Shown piece after piece: positions 37,645 to 48,170 of a stretch of DNA of 62,771 nt. The stretch comes from an uncultured Bacteroidota bacterium (GTDB lineage Bacteria > Bacteroidota > Bacteroidia > Chitinophagales > Chitinophagaceae), in contig CAIQUX010000247.1 in the NCBI GenBank assembly GCA_903875055.1, positions 1 to 62,771 of the forward strand, in the 5' to 3' direction. The notes under the pieces were generated by a model, which was not told where the DNA came from, did not search any database, and saw nothing but the letters and a program-made list of their open reading frames with translations. Positions within the stretch are counted from its first letter, which is position 1. Each line of letters begins with the position of its first letter. Made by a program: the position numbers and the translations under genes.

Positions 37645-37852
37645 GGGTGTGTAAAATTGAATCAAAAAGCGAATGAAACCAAATCCATTTTTTGTTTCAT
37701 TCAAAGAAGTGATAACGTATAAGGTAAACGATTGTTTGATTAGCGATGGAAGGTATTTCTTTGCGTCTCATTCAATTCATCAGATCGGATGAGTGATTGA
37801 TTAAGTCGCTGCAGGAATTATTTTCGTTATAAATTTGCTTAAAAGAACATAT

Positions 37853-38266
37853 ATGGTATTTGTTACCCGAGTTGAACATTTTAATGCCGCCCACAAATTG
37901 TGGAATGAAAGCTGGAGTCCTGAGAAGAATAAGGAGGTCTTTGGTAAATGTTCCAATGTCAACTATCATGGACATAATTATGAACTGCATGTGACCGTCA
38001 AAGGAGAGGTAAATTCAGAGACAGGATTTGTAATGAATGCCAAAGAGTTGGGTGAGATCATGAAAGTGAAGGTGGTTGATGTGGTCGATCATTCTAATCT
38101 GAATATGGATGTACCTTTTATGCAAGGGAAATTCACGTCAGCTGAAAATTTTGCTATAGGCATTTGGGACGAACTGGAAGAAGAGATAAGCAAACAGGGT
38201 GCTCAGCTTCATTGTGTGAAGCTGATAGAAACACAGAGGATTTATGTCGAGTATTACGGAAAATAA
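37853..38266 (+). CDS. 6-pyruvoyl-tetrahydropterin synthase family protein (Cx5HGH, PTPS-II-like motif)
   Basis: [41 protein letters not shown] -7 box at 37830. Confidence 0.88.
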   Translation: MVFVTRVEHFNAAHKLWNESWSPEKNKEVFGKCSNVNYHGHNYELHVTVKGEVNSETGFVMNAKELGEIMKVKVVDVVDHSNLNMDVPFMQGKFTSAENFAIGIWDELEEEISKQGAQLHCVKLIETQRIYVEYYGK

Positions 38267-38283
38267 ATAAAACAACAAGTCAG

Positions 38284-38880
38284 ATGTCATACGAAAAAAT
38301 CGAAAAGTATAATGAACAAACCTTGTCATCCCTGATGGGAAATTACAAGGGTATTCTGGAATCTTTAGGTGAAGATGTTACACGTGAAGGATTAGAGAAG
38401 ACACCGTTGCGGGTGGCCAAAGCGATGAGTAATCTCACGCAAGGCTATAAGATGGATGCGGTATCCATCATCAATTCGGCTAAGTTCAAAGAAAGTTACA
38501 GCGAGATGGTGATAGTAAAAGATATCGAGTTGTATTCGATGTGTGAGCATCATATGTTGCCTTTTTTCGGCAAAGCGCATATCGCCTACATACCCGATGG
38601 CTATATTACCGGACTCAGTAAACTGGCGAGGGTGGTAGATTGTTTTGCCAAACGACTGCAGGTACAGGAACGTATGACGCATCAGATATTGGATGCCGTG
38701 CAGGAAGCTTTAAATCCTTTAGGCGTTGCAGTTGTCATCGAGGCAAAGCATCTTTGTATGATGATGCGTGGTGTGCAAAAACAAAATTCTGTGACAACCA
38801 CCTCTGCGTTTTGTGGTGAATTCGGAAAACAAGCCACACGATCTGAGTTCTTACGTTTGATTTCTTCCAGCCTTCATTAG
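38284..38880 (+). CDS. folE: GTP cyclohydrolase I
   Basis: [43 protein letters not shown]; start MSYEK. Confidence 0.97.
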   Translation: MSYEKIEKYNEQTLSSLMGNYKGILESLGEDVTREGLEKTPLRVAKAMSNLTQGYKMDAVSIINSAKFKESYSEMVIVKDIELYSMCEHHMLPFFGKAHIAYIPDGYITGLSKLARVVDCFAKRLQVQERMTHQILDAVQEALNPLGVAVVIEAKHLCMMMRGVQKQNSVTTTSAFCGEFGKQATRSEFLRLISSSLH

Positions 38881-38910
38881 TCTTTTACAACTCACTTTTC
38901 AACTTCACAC

Positions 38911-39639
38911 ATGAATATCTCAAATAATAAAATTCTTATCACGGGTGGTGCCACGGGTATCGGTCTTGGATTGACTGAACGATTTATCAGCGAAAACAAT
39001 ACCGTTATTGTCTGCGGACGAAGAGAATCTGTCTTGAATGAATTAAAGGATAGGTTCCCTACTGTCATTACCCGTGTTTGTGATGTGTCTGTAGAAAATG
39101 AGCGTACGGAGCTTTATAATTGGGTGGCGGCTGAGCATAGTGATCTGAATGTGTTGATCAATAATGCAGGTATTCAGCAATGGATGACAATTACTGATGA
39201 AGATTTTTTTAGCAGGGCAACAGAGGAGATTGCAGTCAATATTGAAGCGCCGATTCATTTATCGTCATTATTCATTCAGCTGAATTCGTTGAAGGTGATC
39301 ATGAATGTCACATCAGGTTTGTCGTTTGTACCCTTGACAAAGACGCCGGTCTATTCAGCAACCAAGGCCTTTTTTCATTCATTTACCTGGTCGCTTCGCG
39401 AATTGCTGAAGGCAAGGGGTATCGAGGTGATTGAAATCATTCCACCGGCGTTGAACACCGATTTAGGAGGTAAAGGCTTGCATGATTATGCGCCTCCTGT
39501 TTCCGATTTCATAGCGTCCATTTTCGAACAATTGAACGATGGGAAAACTGAACTCACCTTTGGTATGAGCGAGGCCATGAGTAAAGCTGGTCCGGAGGAT
39601 ATTCGTAAAGCATTTGCCCGTATGAATACTATGAATTAA
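38911..39639 (+). CDS. Short-chain dehydrogenase/reductase (DltE-like)
   Basis: TGGATGIG, NNAG, YSATK. Confidence 0.9.
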   Translation: MNISNNKILITGGATGIGLGLTERFISENNTVIVCGRRESVLNELKDRFPTVITRVCDVSVENERTELYNWVAAEHSDLNVLINNAGIQQWMTITDEDFFSRATEEIAVNIEAPIHLSSLFIQLNSLKVIMNVTSGLSFVPLTKTPVYSATKAFFHSFTWSLRELLKARGIEVIEIIPPALNTDLGGKGLHDYAPPVSDFIASIFEQLNDGKTELTFGMSEAMSKAGPEDIRKAFARMNTMN

Positions 39640-39687
39640 GCAGTAGCAAAAAATATCTGATTTGCTGGGTTTTTAACAAGACGTTTC

Positions 39688-40476
39688 CTATTGTTCCTTT
39701 ACATCAATTTCTTCCTCCTCTATTCGCTCGCTGTTCCATTCCAGGATGAAATTGTTTCGACCTTCACCTACCAGAATAGTCATGTATTTTTGCTGAGTTA
39801 GTTCGAGTATCCCTAGAAAATTGAAGATGGCATGAATTCGACTCTCGCAAGATTGAAAAATCCGTTCAAAGGCTATTTTACCTTCCCGTTGTGCCCATTC
39901 CAGTAAAAAATCACGCTGTCCTTCCATGGTGTAATTATACTTTACCACCACATGCTGAGGTTTGGCCAATCTATCCTGCATCCGTTTCATGACTTTCTCA
40001 TAACTTTGGAAGAGTTTGAAAATTGTAACTGACTGGATTTCAGTGCCTTCACTCATGGTTTCACCGATAGTATTCAATTCCTTGTTCACATTACCTCTGG
40101 CAAACTGAAGCATGCGATCAGCCTCCATTTCCTTCATCTCTTCGGCGGCTTCCTTGAAACGTTTGTATTCCAGGATCTTGTCAATTAATTCCTTCCGCGG
40201 ATCGATTTCATTTCCGAATTCATCTATTTCCTTCCGCGGAATTAACATTTTGGCTTTGATACGGATAAGCGTGGAAGCAAACAGGATAAATTCGCTCGCC
40301 AGTTCGATATTGAGTTCCTCCAGTTCTTTGATGTAATGAAGAAACTCGTCTGTAATCGAGAAAATGGGGATATTCTGGATGTCGATTTCGTCTCGTTCGA
40401 TAAAGAACAATAGCAAATCAAAAGGACCTTCGAATTGATCGATCTTTATATTATAGGAAGGAGTAGTAGCTGCCAT
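39688..40476 (-). CDS. scpA: Segregation and condensation protein A (kleisin)
   Basis: FEGPFDLLLFFI, ASEFI...L..IKAKML.P, DPR.EL...LEY. Confidence 0.92.
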   Translation of the reverse strand: MAATTPSYNIKIDQFEGPFDLLLFFIERDEIDIQNIPIFSITDEFLHYIKELEELNIELASEFILFASTLIRIKAKMLIPRKEIDEFGNEIDPRKELIDKILEYKRFKEAAEEMKEMEADRMLQFARGNVNKELNTIGETMSEGTEIQSVTIFKLFQSYEKVMKRMQDRLAKPQHVVVKYNYTMEGQRDFLLEWAQREGKIAFERIFQSCESRIHAIFNFLGILELTQQKYMTILVGEGRNNFILEWNSERIEEEEIDVKEQ

Positions 40477-40516
40477 TTTAGAGAATGATTGAGTTTCAAA
40501 AATAGTCTTATCGGGG

Positions 40517-41656
40517 TTAGGAAACTTTGTTTTCCTGTGTTATTTTTTCAACAATGGCGTAAAACTCCAACGCGCTTTTATCCCAATTGAATTTTTGGAC
40601 TTGTGTTCGGGTGGCTTCGATAAGTCGGTTGCGCAAGTTTTCGTCCTTGTAAAGCAGAGACATGGCACTTGCTATGTCATCCACATTCTCAGGGTCAACC
40701 AAAATGGCGGTTTCGCCAGCTACTTCAGGCATGGAAGAAGTGTTTGATACAATCGACGGGATTTCACATTGGATTGCCTCAAGTATCGGAATACCAAATC
40801 CTTCAAATAAGGATACAAAAGTCAGGGCATAGGCCGCACCAATCACTTTGCTTAATTCCTGAACTTCCATATAATCGTAATGGAGAACATCATTTTTAAA
40901 TGGATGCAGTTGTATGGCACTTCTGATTTCTGCTGCATTCCAGGCAAAGCGCCCGATAATCAAAATCTTCATATTGCTGCGTTGCTTGCGCTTAAAGATT
41001 TCAAAGGCTTTTAGTAAATTGCCCACGTTCTTTCGAGGGTGCAAAGCGCCGGCAAACACAAAATATTCACAACCCTGCGCATAGGTATCCCTGATGTCTT
41101 GTTTAGTTTCGTAATTGAGAGGCTTGTAAAAGTCATGGGCTCCATTGAATACGATACTTATTTTATTCGGATCGGCGCCGTAGGTCGTGATAAGGTCTTC
41201 TTTTGAATAGGTTGAAACAGTGACCGTATGGGCGGCTTTCCTTACAAATTTTGGAGTAAACTTCTGAAGGTAATATCTGAACTTGAAAGGAAGATGTTCA
41301 GGGTAATGTTCAAATGCCAGATCATGCACTACCAGTATGCTTGGCACATCACTTGACAAGGACAGGAATCCGTCTGTGGAGATGAAAATGTCGGCTTTAT
41401 ATTTCTTCAAGGCCCTTCTGACTGACCATTCAAACCAAATATACCAAAGGATAGGATGTCGTGCCGGAGGAGGAATGACGACCGGGGTGATGTTTTCTGC
41501 AAAGATAAATTGCTGGTCATAAGGTCGGTCAAACAGGAATATGAACTCATGTTCGGGATGATTCAACACCATCCTTTTAATGATTTCGTTGGTAAACCAA
41601 CCTATTCCTTCTAATTTCCCTTTTAGTAAAAAACGTGTATTGACCGCAATTCTCAT
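40517..41656 (-). CDS. Glycosyltransferase family 4 protein
   Basis: VHDLAF, PRKN, EGFGIPILEA, SSMPEVAG; start MRIAVNTR. Confidence 0.92.
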   Translation of the reverse strand: MRIAVNTRFLLKGKLEGIGWFTNEIIKRMVLNHPEHEFIFLFDRPYDQQFIFAENITPVVIPPPARHPILWYIWFEWSVRRALKKYKADIFISTDGFLSLSSDVPSILVVHDLAFEHYPEHLPFKFRYYLQKFTPKFVRKAAHTVTVSTYSKEDLITTYGADPNKISIVFNGAHDFYKPLNYETKQDIRDTYAQGCEYFVFAGALHPRKNVGNLLKAFEIFKRKQRSNMKILIIGRFAWNAAEIRSAIQLHPFKNDVLHYDYMEVQELSKVIGAAYALTFVSLFEGFGIPILEAIQCEIPSIVSNTSSMPEVAGETAILVDPENVDDIASAMSLLYKDENLRNRLIEATRTQVQKFNWDKSALEFYAIVEKITQENKVS

Positions 41657-41782
41657 AAAACGAGGCAAATGTAATTGACGGGTGGAATATTCAATAATTA
41701 ATTTTAACTGTGAATGAGATAAGCGAGACAATCCCAGGTATGCAAACCTAATATGAAATGCGTGAAAATCTTCTTAATACAG

Positions 41783-42619
41783 CTAGTTCATTCTCAGGTT
41801 ATCGATGAGCCTTACCCCCTCAAGCCGGCTGGCTAATAGTACCACCATTTTTTGGGAAGGTGCAAAATCTGTTAGAAGATCAAGGGTTTCTGCATCAGCC
41901 AGAAGTAAGTATTCTGTTTCGAAGGAATTTGAATCCAGATAACGGATATATCTTTCCTGAAGCGATGAAAAGGGTGTCTTAGCCATTTCATCCCTGATAG
42001 ACTTCAGACAATAGAAAATCGCACTGGCCTTTTCCCTTGCACTCTTGGACAGCAATTCGTTACGTGAACTCATAGCTAATCCGTTAGCTTCACGACGAGT
42101 TGGGCAGGTAATCAGTTCAATTGTACTTTTCTTTATTTCAAGTAGCCTTCTTACCACCAGACATTGCTGAAAATCTTTTTCCCCCATATACAATCTAGAC
42201 GGTTTGACCGCCTCAAGCAATCGGTCTACCACATTACAGACCCCGTTAAAATGTCCCGGTCTGAACTTTCCGTCGAGAATCGTATCCAGATAACCAATAT
42301 CGTATCCCGCTAATTGGCCAATGCCATCGGGGTAAATTTCATCACTTGCTGGCAGAAAAAGTACCTCTGTGCCTACCTGAGAGAGCATGTCGATATCTGA
42401 TGAAAGTGTCATCGGGTACTTTTCAAAATCCTTTTTGTCATTGAATTGCGCCGGGTTGATGAAAACGCTGCATACAGTCAGGCTGTTTTCCTGTTTAGCT
42501 TTTTCTATGAGAGAAAGGTGCCCCTTATGTAAAGCTCCCATAGTAGGGACAAAGCCGACTGAGCCCGTCTGTTTTTCCAGAAACTGCTTCAAATCGGCTA
42601 TTTTTTTAAATATAAACAT
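41783..42619 (-). CDS. panC: Pantoate-beta-alanine ligase
   Basis: VPTMGALHKGH, VFINPAQF, RPGHFNGV, GEKDFQQ, GLAMSSRN, RLIDN. Confidence 0.97.
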   Translation of the reverse strand: MFIFKKIADLKQFLEKQTGSVGFVPTMGALHKGHLSLIEKAKQENSLTVCSVFINPAQFNDKKDFEKYPMTLSSDIDMLSQVGTEVLFLPASDEIYPDGIGQLAGYDIGYLDTILDGKFRPGHFNGVCNVVDRLLEAVKPSRLYMGEKDFQQCLVVRRLLEIKKSTIELITCPTRREANGLAMSSRNELLSKSAREKASAIFYCLKSIRDEMAKTPFSSLQERYIRYLDSNSFETEYLLLADAETLDLLTDFAPSQKMVVLLASRLEGVRLIDNLRMN

Positions 42620-42731
42620 ACTTTAGTTAACGGTAAATAACATTTGACAATGAATAACTGTTGAAAAATAGCATTATTTATTGTACCTTCGCACCCCTAA
42701 ATAATCTATATACTCAATAAAAGTAACCTAA

Positions 42732-43553
42732 ATGGCGGTAATCCAAAAGAAAAAAATTCTTTTTATTTCGCAAGAATTTTCCCCATATAATGAGGAGAAT
42801 GAATTTTCGAAAGTATTAAACGCACTGGCGGTTAAATCTAATGAGACTGGTTATGAGGTTCGTGTTATCATGCCTCGATTCGGCGTGATAAACGAGCGTC
42901 GTCACCGTTTACACGAAGTTGTAAGACTTTCTGGTATCAATATCAATGTAGACAAACAGGATTATCCACTGGTCATCAAAGTAGCTTCCCTTCCTAATGC
43001 CCGTCTTCAGGTCTATTTCATGGATAATGAAGATATGTACAAGCGCAAGAATACGTTCCATGAAGAAAACGGCGATTTTTTTTCCGACAATGCGGCACGT
43101 ACCATCTTCTTTTGTAAAGGGGCCTTGGAAACCGTCAAAAAATTCGGATGGCCTCCTGATGTGATTCATGTTCATGGCTGGATGAGTGCACTGATTCCAA
43201 TGTATATCAAATCTTTTTATAAGAAAGAGCCAGTCTTCGCTAATTCGAAGCTTGTTTTTTCAGCCACCAAGGAAATGGTCAAAGATGATATGGGCGAATT
43301 GTTTTCAAAGCAGGTTCTCAGCAGTACACCGCTTAAGGAGAAAGATGTTGAATTATATAAAAGCGGTTCCAATCTTGATATGTTTATAGGTGGAGCTAAA
43401 AGTGCCGACTCGGTTATTTTTGCCGACGGTGGTATCAATAAAAAACTCATAGAAGCCATTAAGCCAACCCGTAGTAAAAAAGTGTTAAATTTTGATTCCC
43501 TGGAAGACGACATTACCAATATCATGGATCTTTATAATAACTTGGCAGGCTAA
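42732..43553 (+). CDS. Glycogen/starch synthase N-terminal-domain-only protein (GT5-like)
   Basis: MPRFG.INERR.RLHEVVRLSG, FF.KG.LE, WPPDVIHVHGW; 273 aa, no second GT-B domain. Confidence 0.85.
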   Translation: MAVIQKKKILFISQEFSPYNEENEFSKVLNALAVKSNETGYEVRVIMPRFGVINERRHRLHEVVRLSGININVDKQDYPLVIKVASLPNARLQVYFMDNEDMYKRKNTFHEENGDFFSDNAARTIFFCKGALETVKKFGWPPDVIHVHGWMSALIPMYIKSFYKKEPVFANSKLVFSATKEMVKDDMGELFSKQVLSSTPLKEKDVELYKSGSNLDMFIGGAKSADSVIFADGGINKKLIEAIKPTRSKKVLNFDSLEDDITNIMDLYNNLAG

Positions 43554-43568
43554 ATAAAACATATTCAT

Positions 43569-44993
43569 TTGAAACCATTATTTTCGGGCAAACAGGCAAT
43601 TGTTTTTTCAATGCTCGCCATTATCATCAGTACAAACTGGAGCTGCAAGGAAAATACAATCTTACCCAAGAACCTGGTCCCTGCGGTTGACAATATAAAT
43701 ACCTTTGACAGCACAATTTCACTCATCACACATACGCTGTATCAGGATTCTTTTCTGACAGGTGGCTTAAAAGGCGGGTTAAGGCTTTCAGCATCCAATT
43801 CTTTTTACACGGCTTGTGGTAGTATATCCAATGATCCTTCATTTGGTAGTACCCTTGCCTCCATGCATGTGGAAGTATTGCCTGCAGTGCCTAATTTTAC
43901 GTTCAAGTCGGCCACCAGCACTATGACTATTGACTCGATCGTGTTGGCCATCCCTTACAAACTGGCCTTTGGAGATACCAGTTTTTCATCCATCACACAG
44001 AAATTTAAAGTTTACCGCTCACTGGATACTTTTTCCAGAGACTCTGCCCAATATGAATTTACCAGAGATACCTTCGATGTCAACAGGCCTCTTTCGTCCC
44101 TCAATGTAAATTTCAATTCTCTTCCTCATGATTCACTTTTGATTGGAGGACAATTGCAACAACCTCAGCTTCGTTTTAAACTGGCGTCCTGGTTTGCTGA
44201 TAGTCTGAAGACTCAGGTCGATTCAGGAGCAAATGGTGCTTTAGCTTCATTCACTTCATTCCTGAGCTGGTGGAAAGGATTCGTCATTGTTCCGTCTACG
44301 ACCAAAGGAAATACCTTAGGCTATTTTGAAACTTACCGGACCCGGATGACCATTTATTACCGTTACCCGAAAACAGGCGGCGGTGAGGATACAACAAGTG
44401 ATATCTTCTCGTTTGATCCGAGTTACTGTAATCGTTTTAATGCCATTGCACATAATTATACCGGAAGCAAATCAAAAGCCTTTATCAATACCAAATCCGC
44501 CCAAGGTGATTCGGTTCTTTTTGTACAAAATGAACCGGGGCTCGTTAGCTTGATTCAAGTGCCGGGGCTTCATACAATGGATAACGTGATTGTCAATAAG
44601 GCGGAGCTTGTCTTTACCACCTCAGCCACCCAAAATTTTGCCGATACCATGATATACGGAACTATCCCCCGTCTGCAGATATTCAGTACGGATTCTTCTG
44701 GTAATAATGATCTGGTGGCCAGCGATTATGCAGCCTTTAACAGTGCTTCTTATGTGGATGGGACTCGTTCGCAAGTCCTGATTAATGGAGTGAACTCTAT
44801 CCAATACAGATTTATCGTCACTAATTCAATTCAAAGCCTTATTTCACGAAAAGATAGTAACTTCAGGTATAAAATCATGGGAGCCAATGTAGGACTTCCG
44901 GCCGCCTATCGGACCATTTTGACCGGCAGCGCCAGCAAGATGGATGCGTTCAAACCAAGGTTATACATGATTTATACGAAATTTAAAAAATAA
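43569..44993 (+). CDS. DUF4270 family lipoprotein
   Basis: Lipobox-like NWSC, IDSIVL, IVNKAEL, C-terminal PRLYMIYT; between the GlgA-like gene and glmS as in other Bacteroidota. Confidence 0.75.
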   Translation: MKPLFSGKQAIVFSMLAIIISTNWSCKENTILPKNLVPAVDNINTFDSTISLITHTLYQDSFLTGGLKGGLRLSASNSFYTACGSISNDPSFGSTLASMHVEVLPAVPNFTFKSATSTMTIDSIVLAIPYKLAFGDTSFSSITQKFKVYRSLDTFSRDSAQYEFTRDTFDVNRPLSSLNVNFNSLPHDSLLIGGQLQQPQLRFKLASWFADSLKTQVDSGANGALASFTSFLSWWKGFVIVPSTTKGNTLGYFETYRTRMTIYYRYPKTGGGEDTTSDIFSFDPSYCNRFNAIAHNYTGSKSKAFINTKSAQGDSVLFVQNEPGLVSLIQVPGLHTMDNVIVNKAELVFTTSATQNFADTMIYGTIPRLQIFSTDSSGNNDLVASDYAAFNSASYVDGTRSQVLINGVNSIQYRFIVTNSIQSLISRKDSNFRYKIMGANVGLPAAYRTILTGSASKMDAFKPRLYMIYTKFKK

Positions 44994-44999
44994 TAAACC

Positions 45000-46838
45000 A
45001 TGTGTGGAATCGTTGGCTATATAGGCTCAAAGCAGGCATATCCGATATTGATCAAAGGTCTTAAACGCCTCGAGTATCGCGGTTATGACAGTGCAGGAGT
45101 GGCGATGCTCAACGGTTCACTCAATGTATTGAAAAAAGAAGGCAAAGTTTCCATACTTGAAGAATACAGTAAGGATAAGAATATCAGCGGTACGATCGGT
45201 ATTGGCCATACACGATGGGCCACACATGGCGTACCATGCGATAGAAATGCACATCCGCATTTGTCACAATCAGGCAATATAGCCATCATCCATAACGGCA
45301 TTATAGAAAATTATAATTCACTGCAAAAGGAATTGATCCAATTGGGATATTCATTTAATAGTGATACCGATACCGAAGTGCTTGTCAACCTGATTGAAGA
45401 TATACAAAAGGAAGATAAATTATCGCTTGAAGAAGCAGTTCGTGTTGCTTTGAATGAAGTGATTGGTGCCTACGCCATCGTAGTGATCGATAAACGTGAA
45501 CCTGATAAGCTGGTGGCGGCACGTAAAGGGAGCCCCTTAGTGATCGGTATCGGTAAAGATGAATTTTTTGTAGCTTCCGATGCATCACCTATCATTGAGT
45601 ATACCAAGAATGTGGTGTATCTGAATGATGAAGAAATCGCAGTGCTGCATCGCGACGGTAAGTTGGATATTAAGACATTAGGCAATATTACCAAATCGCC
45701 TTACGTTCAAAAACTGGAGATGGACCTTGAGAAGATCGAGAAAGGAGGCTATGAACACTTTATGCTGAAAGAGATTAATGAACAGCCTCAGGTGATACGC
45801 GATTGTATGCGCGGACGGATGAATGCTGAACAAGGCTGGATTAAGCTCGGCGGTATCGGTGAATTTTCGGCCCGAATCAATAATGCCAAACGTATCATCA
45901 TTACAGCTTGTGGAACCTCATGGCATAGCGGACTGATTGGTGAATACCTGATAGAAGAACTAGCCCGGGTTCCTGTTGAAGTCGAATATGCATCTGAATT
46001 CAGGTATCGTAACCCGATAGTTACTGAGAAGGATGTGGTGATTGCTATTTCACAATCAGGTGAGACAGCCGATACCTTGTCTGCCATTGAAATTGCTAAA
46101 GAGCGCCAAGCTCTTATTTACGGTATTTGTAATGTCATTGGCTCATCGATCGCAAGAGCGTCTCATGCCGGTTCCTATACGCATGCCGGACCCGAAATTG
46201 GCGTGGCATCAACCAAAGCCTTCAGTGCGCAAGTAACCATCCTGACCTTATTGGCGTTGCAATTGGCTCAGTCGAAAGGCACCATTTCACAATCGAGATT
46301 ACGTCAGTTATTATACGAACTTGAAATCATTCCTTCTAAAGTTGAGGAAGCCTTGAAGACGAATGAAAAGATAAAAGCGATCGCAGAAAAATATAAGGAT
46401 GCACATAACTTCCTGTATCTTGGTCGAGGAATGAGTTTCCCGATTGCCCTTGAAGGTGCGCTGAAGCTCAAGGAAATATCCTATATCCATGCAGAAGGAT
46501 ATCCTGCAGCAGAAATGAAACATGGTCCGATAGCCCTGATCGATGAGAACATGCCGGTGGTATTTATCGCCACGAATATGAGTGCCCATGAAAAGATTGT
46601 TTCTAATATTCAGGAAGTAAAAGCCCGTAAAGGTAAAGTCATTGCCATCGTCAATCACGGAGACGAAGTGATTCGTCAGTTGGCTGATGAGGTGATTGAG
46701 ATTCCTGAGACCGACGATTTGTTATCACCGCTGGTTTCTATCGTGCCACTGCAATTATTGTCGTATCATATCGCTTTGCTCAGAGGTTGTAATGTTGACC
46801 AGCCTCGCAATTTGGCTAAGAGCGTCACCGTGGAATAG
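45000..46838 (+). CDS. glmS: Glutamine--fructose-6-phosphate transaminase
   Basis: MCGIVG, RLEYRGYDSAG, GHTRWATHG, SQSGETADT, PRNLAKSVTVE. Confidence 0.99.
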   Translation: MCGIVGYIGSKQAYPILIKGLKRLEYRGYDSAGVAMLNGSLNVLKKEGKVSILEEYSKDKNISGTIGIGHTRWATHGVPCDRNAHPHLSQSGNIAIIHNGIIENYNSLQKELIQLGYSFNSDTDTEVLVNLIEDIQKEDKLSLEEAVRVALNEVIGAYAIVVIDKREPDKLVAARKGSPLVIGIGKDEFFVASDASPIIEYTKNVVYLNDEEIAVLHRDGKLDIKTLGNITKSPYVQKLEMDLEKIEKGGYEHFMLKEINEQPQVIRDCMRGRMNAEQGWIKLGGIGEFSARINNAKRIIITACGTSWHSGLIGEYLIEELARVPVEVEYASEFRYRNPIVTEKDVVIAISQSGETADTLSAIEIAKERQALIYGICNVIGSSIARASHAGSYTHAGPEIGVASTKAFSAQVTILTLLALQLAQSKGTISQSRLRQLLYELEIIPSKVEEALKTNEKIKAIAEKYKDAHNFLYLGRGMSFPIALEGALKLKEISYIHAEGYPAAEMKHGPIALIDENMPVVFIATNMSAHEKIVSNIQEVKARKGKVIAIVNHGDEVIRQLADEVIEIPETDDLLSPLVSIVPLQLLSYHIALLRGCNVDQPRNLAKSVTVE

Positions 46839-46858
46839 TGTAAGAAAATAGATTTTAG

Positions 46859-46894
46859 AAAAATGGTTTGTACGTTGTGCAAACCATTTTTTTT
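46859..46894 (+). terminator. Intrinsic terminator
   Basis: AAAAATGGTTTGTAC-gtt-GTGCAAACCATTTTT-TTT. Confidence 0.8.
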
Positions 46895-46956
46895 CCTTTA
46901 TGATGAAGTTATTAAAATTGCAAGAGCGATCTGCCTATCATTTTATTCAAATACTG

Positions 46957-46997
46957 CCATTTTTTTTGGGTAACTATTACCCATTTTTTGGGTAACT
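46957..46997 (+). promoter_or_regulatory. Direct repeat plus palindrome upstream of pfkA
   Basis: TTTTTTGGGTAACT twice, 22 bp apart; GGGTAA-cta-TTACCC palindrome at 46968-46982. Confidence 0.5.
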
Positions 46998-47099
46998 TTT
47001 ATATAAAAAATGACAGATATTACTGAATTGGAAACTTTTTAAGACTTTTAAAACATGGAGTAAATTATACAACTACCTTTATTTCCTAAATACAAACCA

Positions 47100-48080
47100 A
47101 TGTCGAAACCAGCTAATATAGGTATCATGACCTCAGGGGGCGATTCGCCCGGGATGAATGCGGCCATTAGGGCCATAGTACGTACTGCCTTATTTCACGA
47201 TATCAAACCCTTCGGGATCATGCGTGGCTATCAGGGTATGCTCGAAGGTGACATCAAGGAATTACTGACTACCGATGTGTCGAATATCATACACCGGGGA
47301 GGAACGATACTTAAGACTGCACGAAGCAAAGATTTTATGACGGAAGATGGTATGAAAGCCGCCTATGATCAAATTTCAAAACATCATATCGAAGCCCTGG
47401 TCTTGATTGGTGGTGATGGTACGATGCGGGGAGCTGTTGAGTTTTTCAAGCGCTACAAAATCCCGGCCATCGGGATGCCCGGTACGATCGATAATGATTT
47501 GAACGGTACTGACTTTACCATAGGATTTGACACCGCTGTTAACACCGCCATTTGGGCTATAGATAAGATACGCGATACGGCTGAAGCGCATGATCGGATG
47601 TTCATTGTGGAAGTCATGGGGCGTGATGCCGGCTATATCGCCCTTAACAGCGGACTGGCTTGCGGTGCTGAGTATATCTTTATTCCCGAGCAAAAAGAGA
47701 TGATGCAGGATATCCTGACCTCGATTCAGGACGACCGTAAGCGAAAGAAAATGACCAATATCATTGTAGTGGCTGAAGGCGATGAATTCGGAGGCGCTAA
47801 TGAGGTAAGTGCCTTAATCAAGCAAAGTATTCCTGATATTGAAACGCGAGTCACCATACTCGGTCATATTCAACGGGGTGGTTCGCCAACCTGTGTCGAT
47901 CGCATATTGGCCAGTCGCCTCGGGCATGGTGCTGTGGAGGCATTAGCCGCAGGTCGTACTCAGGAGATGATCGGTATTGTCAATGGCGAAATTGTTTTTA
48001 CACCTTTTGCTTCCTGTGTAAAGTTACAGAAGCCTATACCGGATGATTTGCTTGAAATGATTAAGGTGCTGGCAAAGTAA
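47100..48080 (+). CDS. pfkA: ATP-dependent 6-phosphofructokinase
   Basis: TSGGDSPGMNA, GGDG, GTIDND, GFDTA, EVMGR, LGHIQRGG. Confidence 0.97.
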   Translation: MSKPANIGIMTSGGDSPGMNAAIRAIVRTALFHDIKPFGIMRGYQGMLEGDIKELLTTDVSNIIHRGGTILKTARSKDFMTEDGMKAAYDQISKHHIEALVLIGGDGTMRGAVEFFKRYKIPAIGMPGTIDNDLNGTDFTIGFDTAVNTAIWAIDKIRDTAEAHDRMFIVEVMGRDAGYIALNSGLACGAEYIFIPEQKEMMQDILTSIQDDRKRKKMTNIIVVAEGDEFGGANEVSALIKQSIPDIETRVTILGHIQRGGSPTCVDRILASRLGHGAVEALAAGRTQEMIGIVNGEIVFTPFASCVKLQKPIPDDLLEMIKVLAK

Positions 48081-48170
48081 TAACATGTTATGTCACGTGA
48101 TACAGTATTCATCTGGCTGCTTGCCGGACTTACAATAAATTACCCTATTTTTACGTTTTTGTAACTATCC

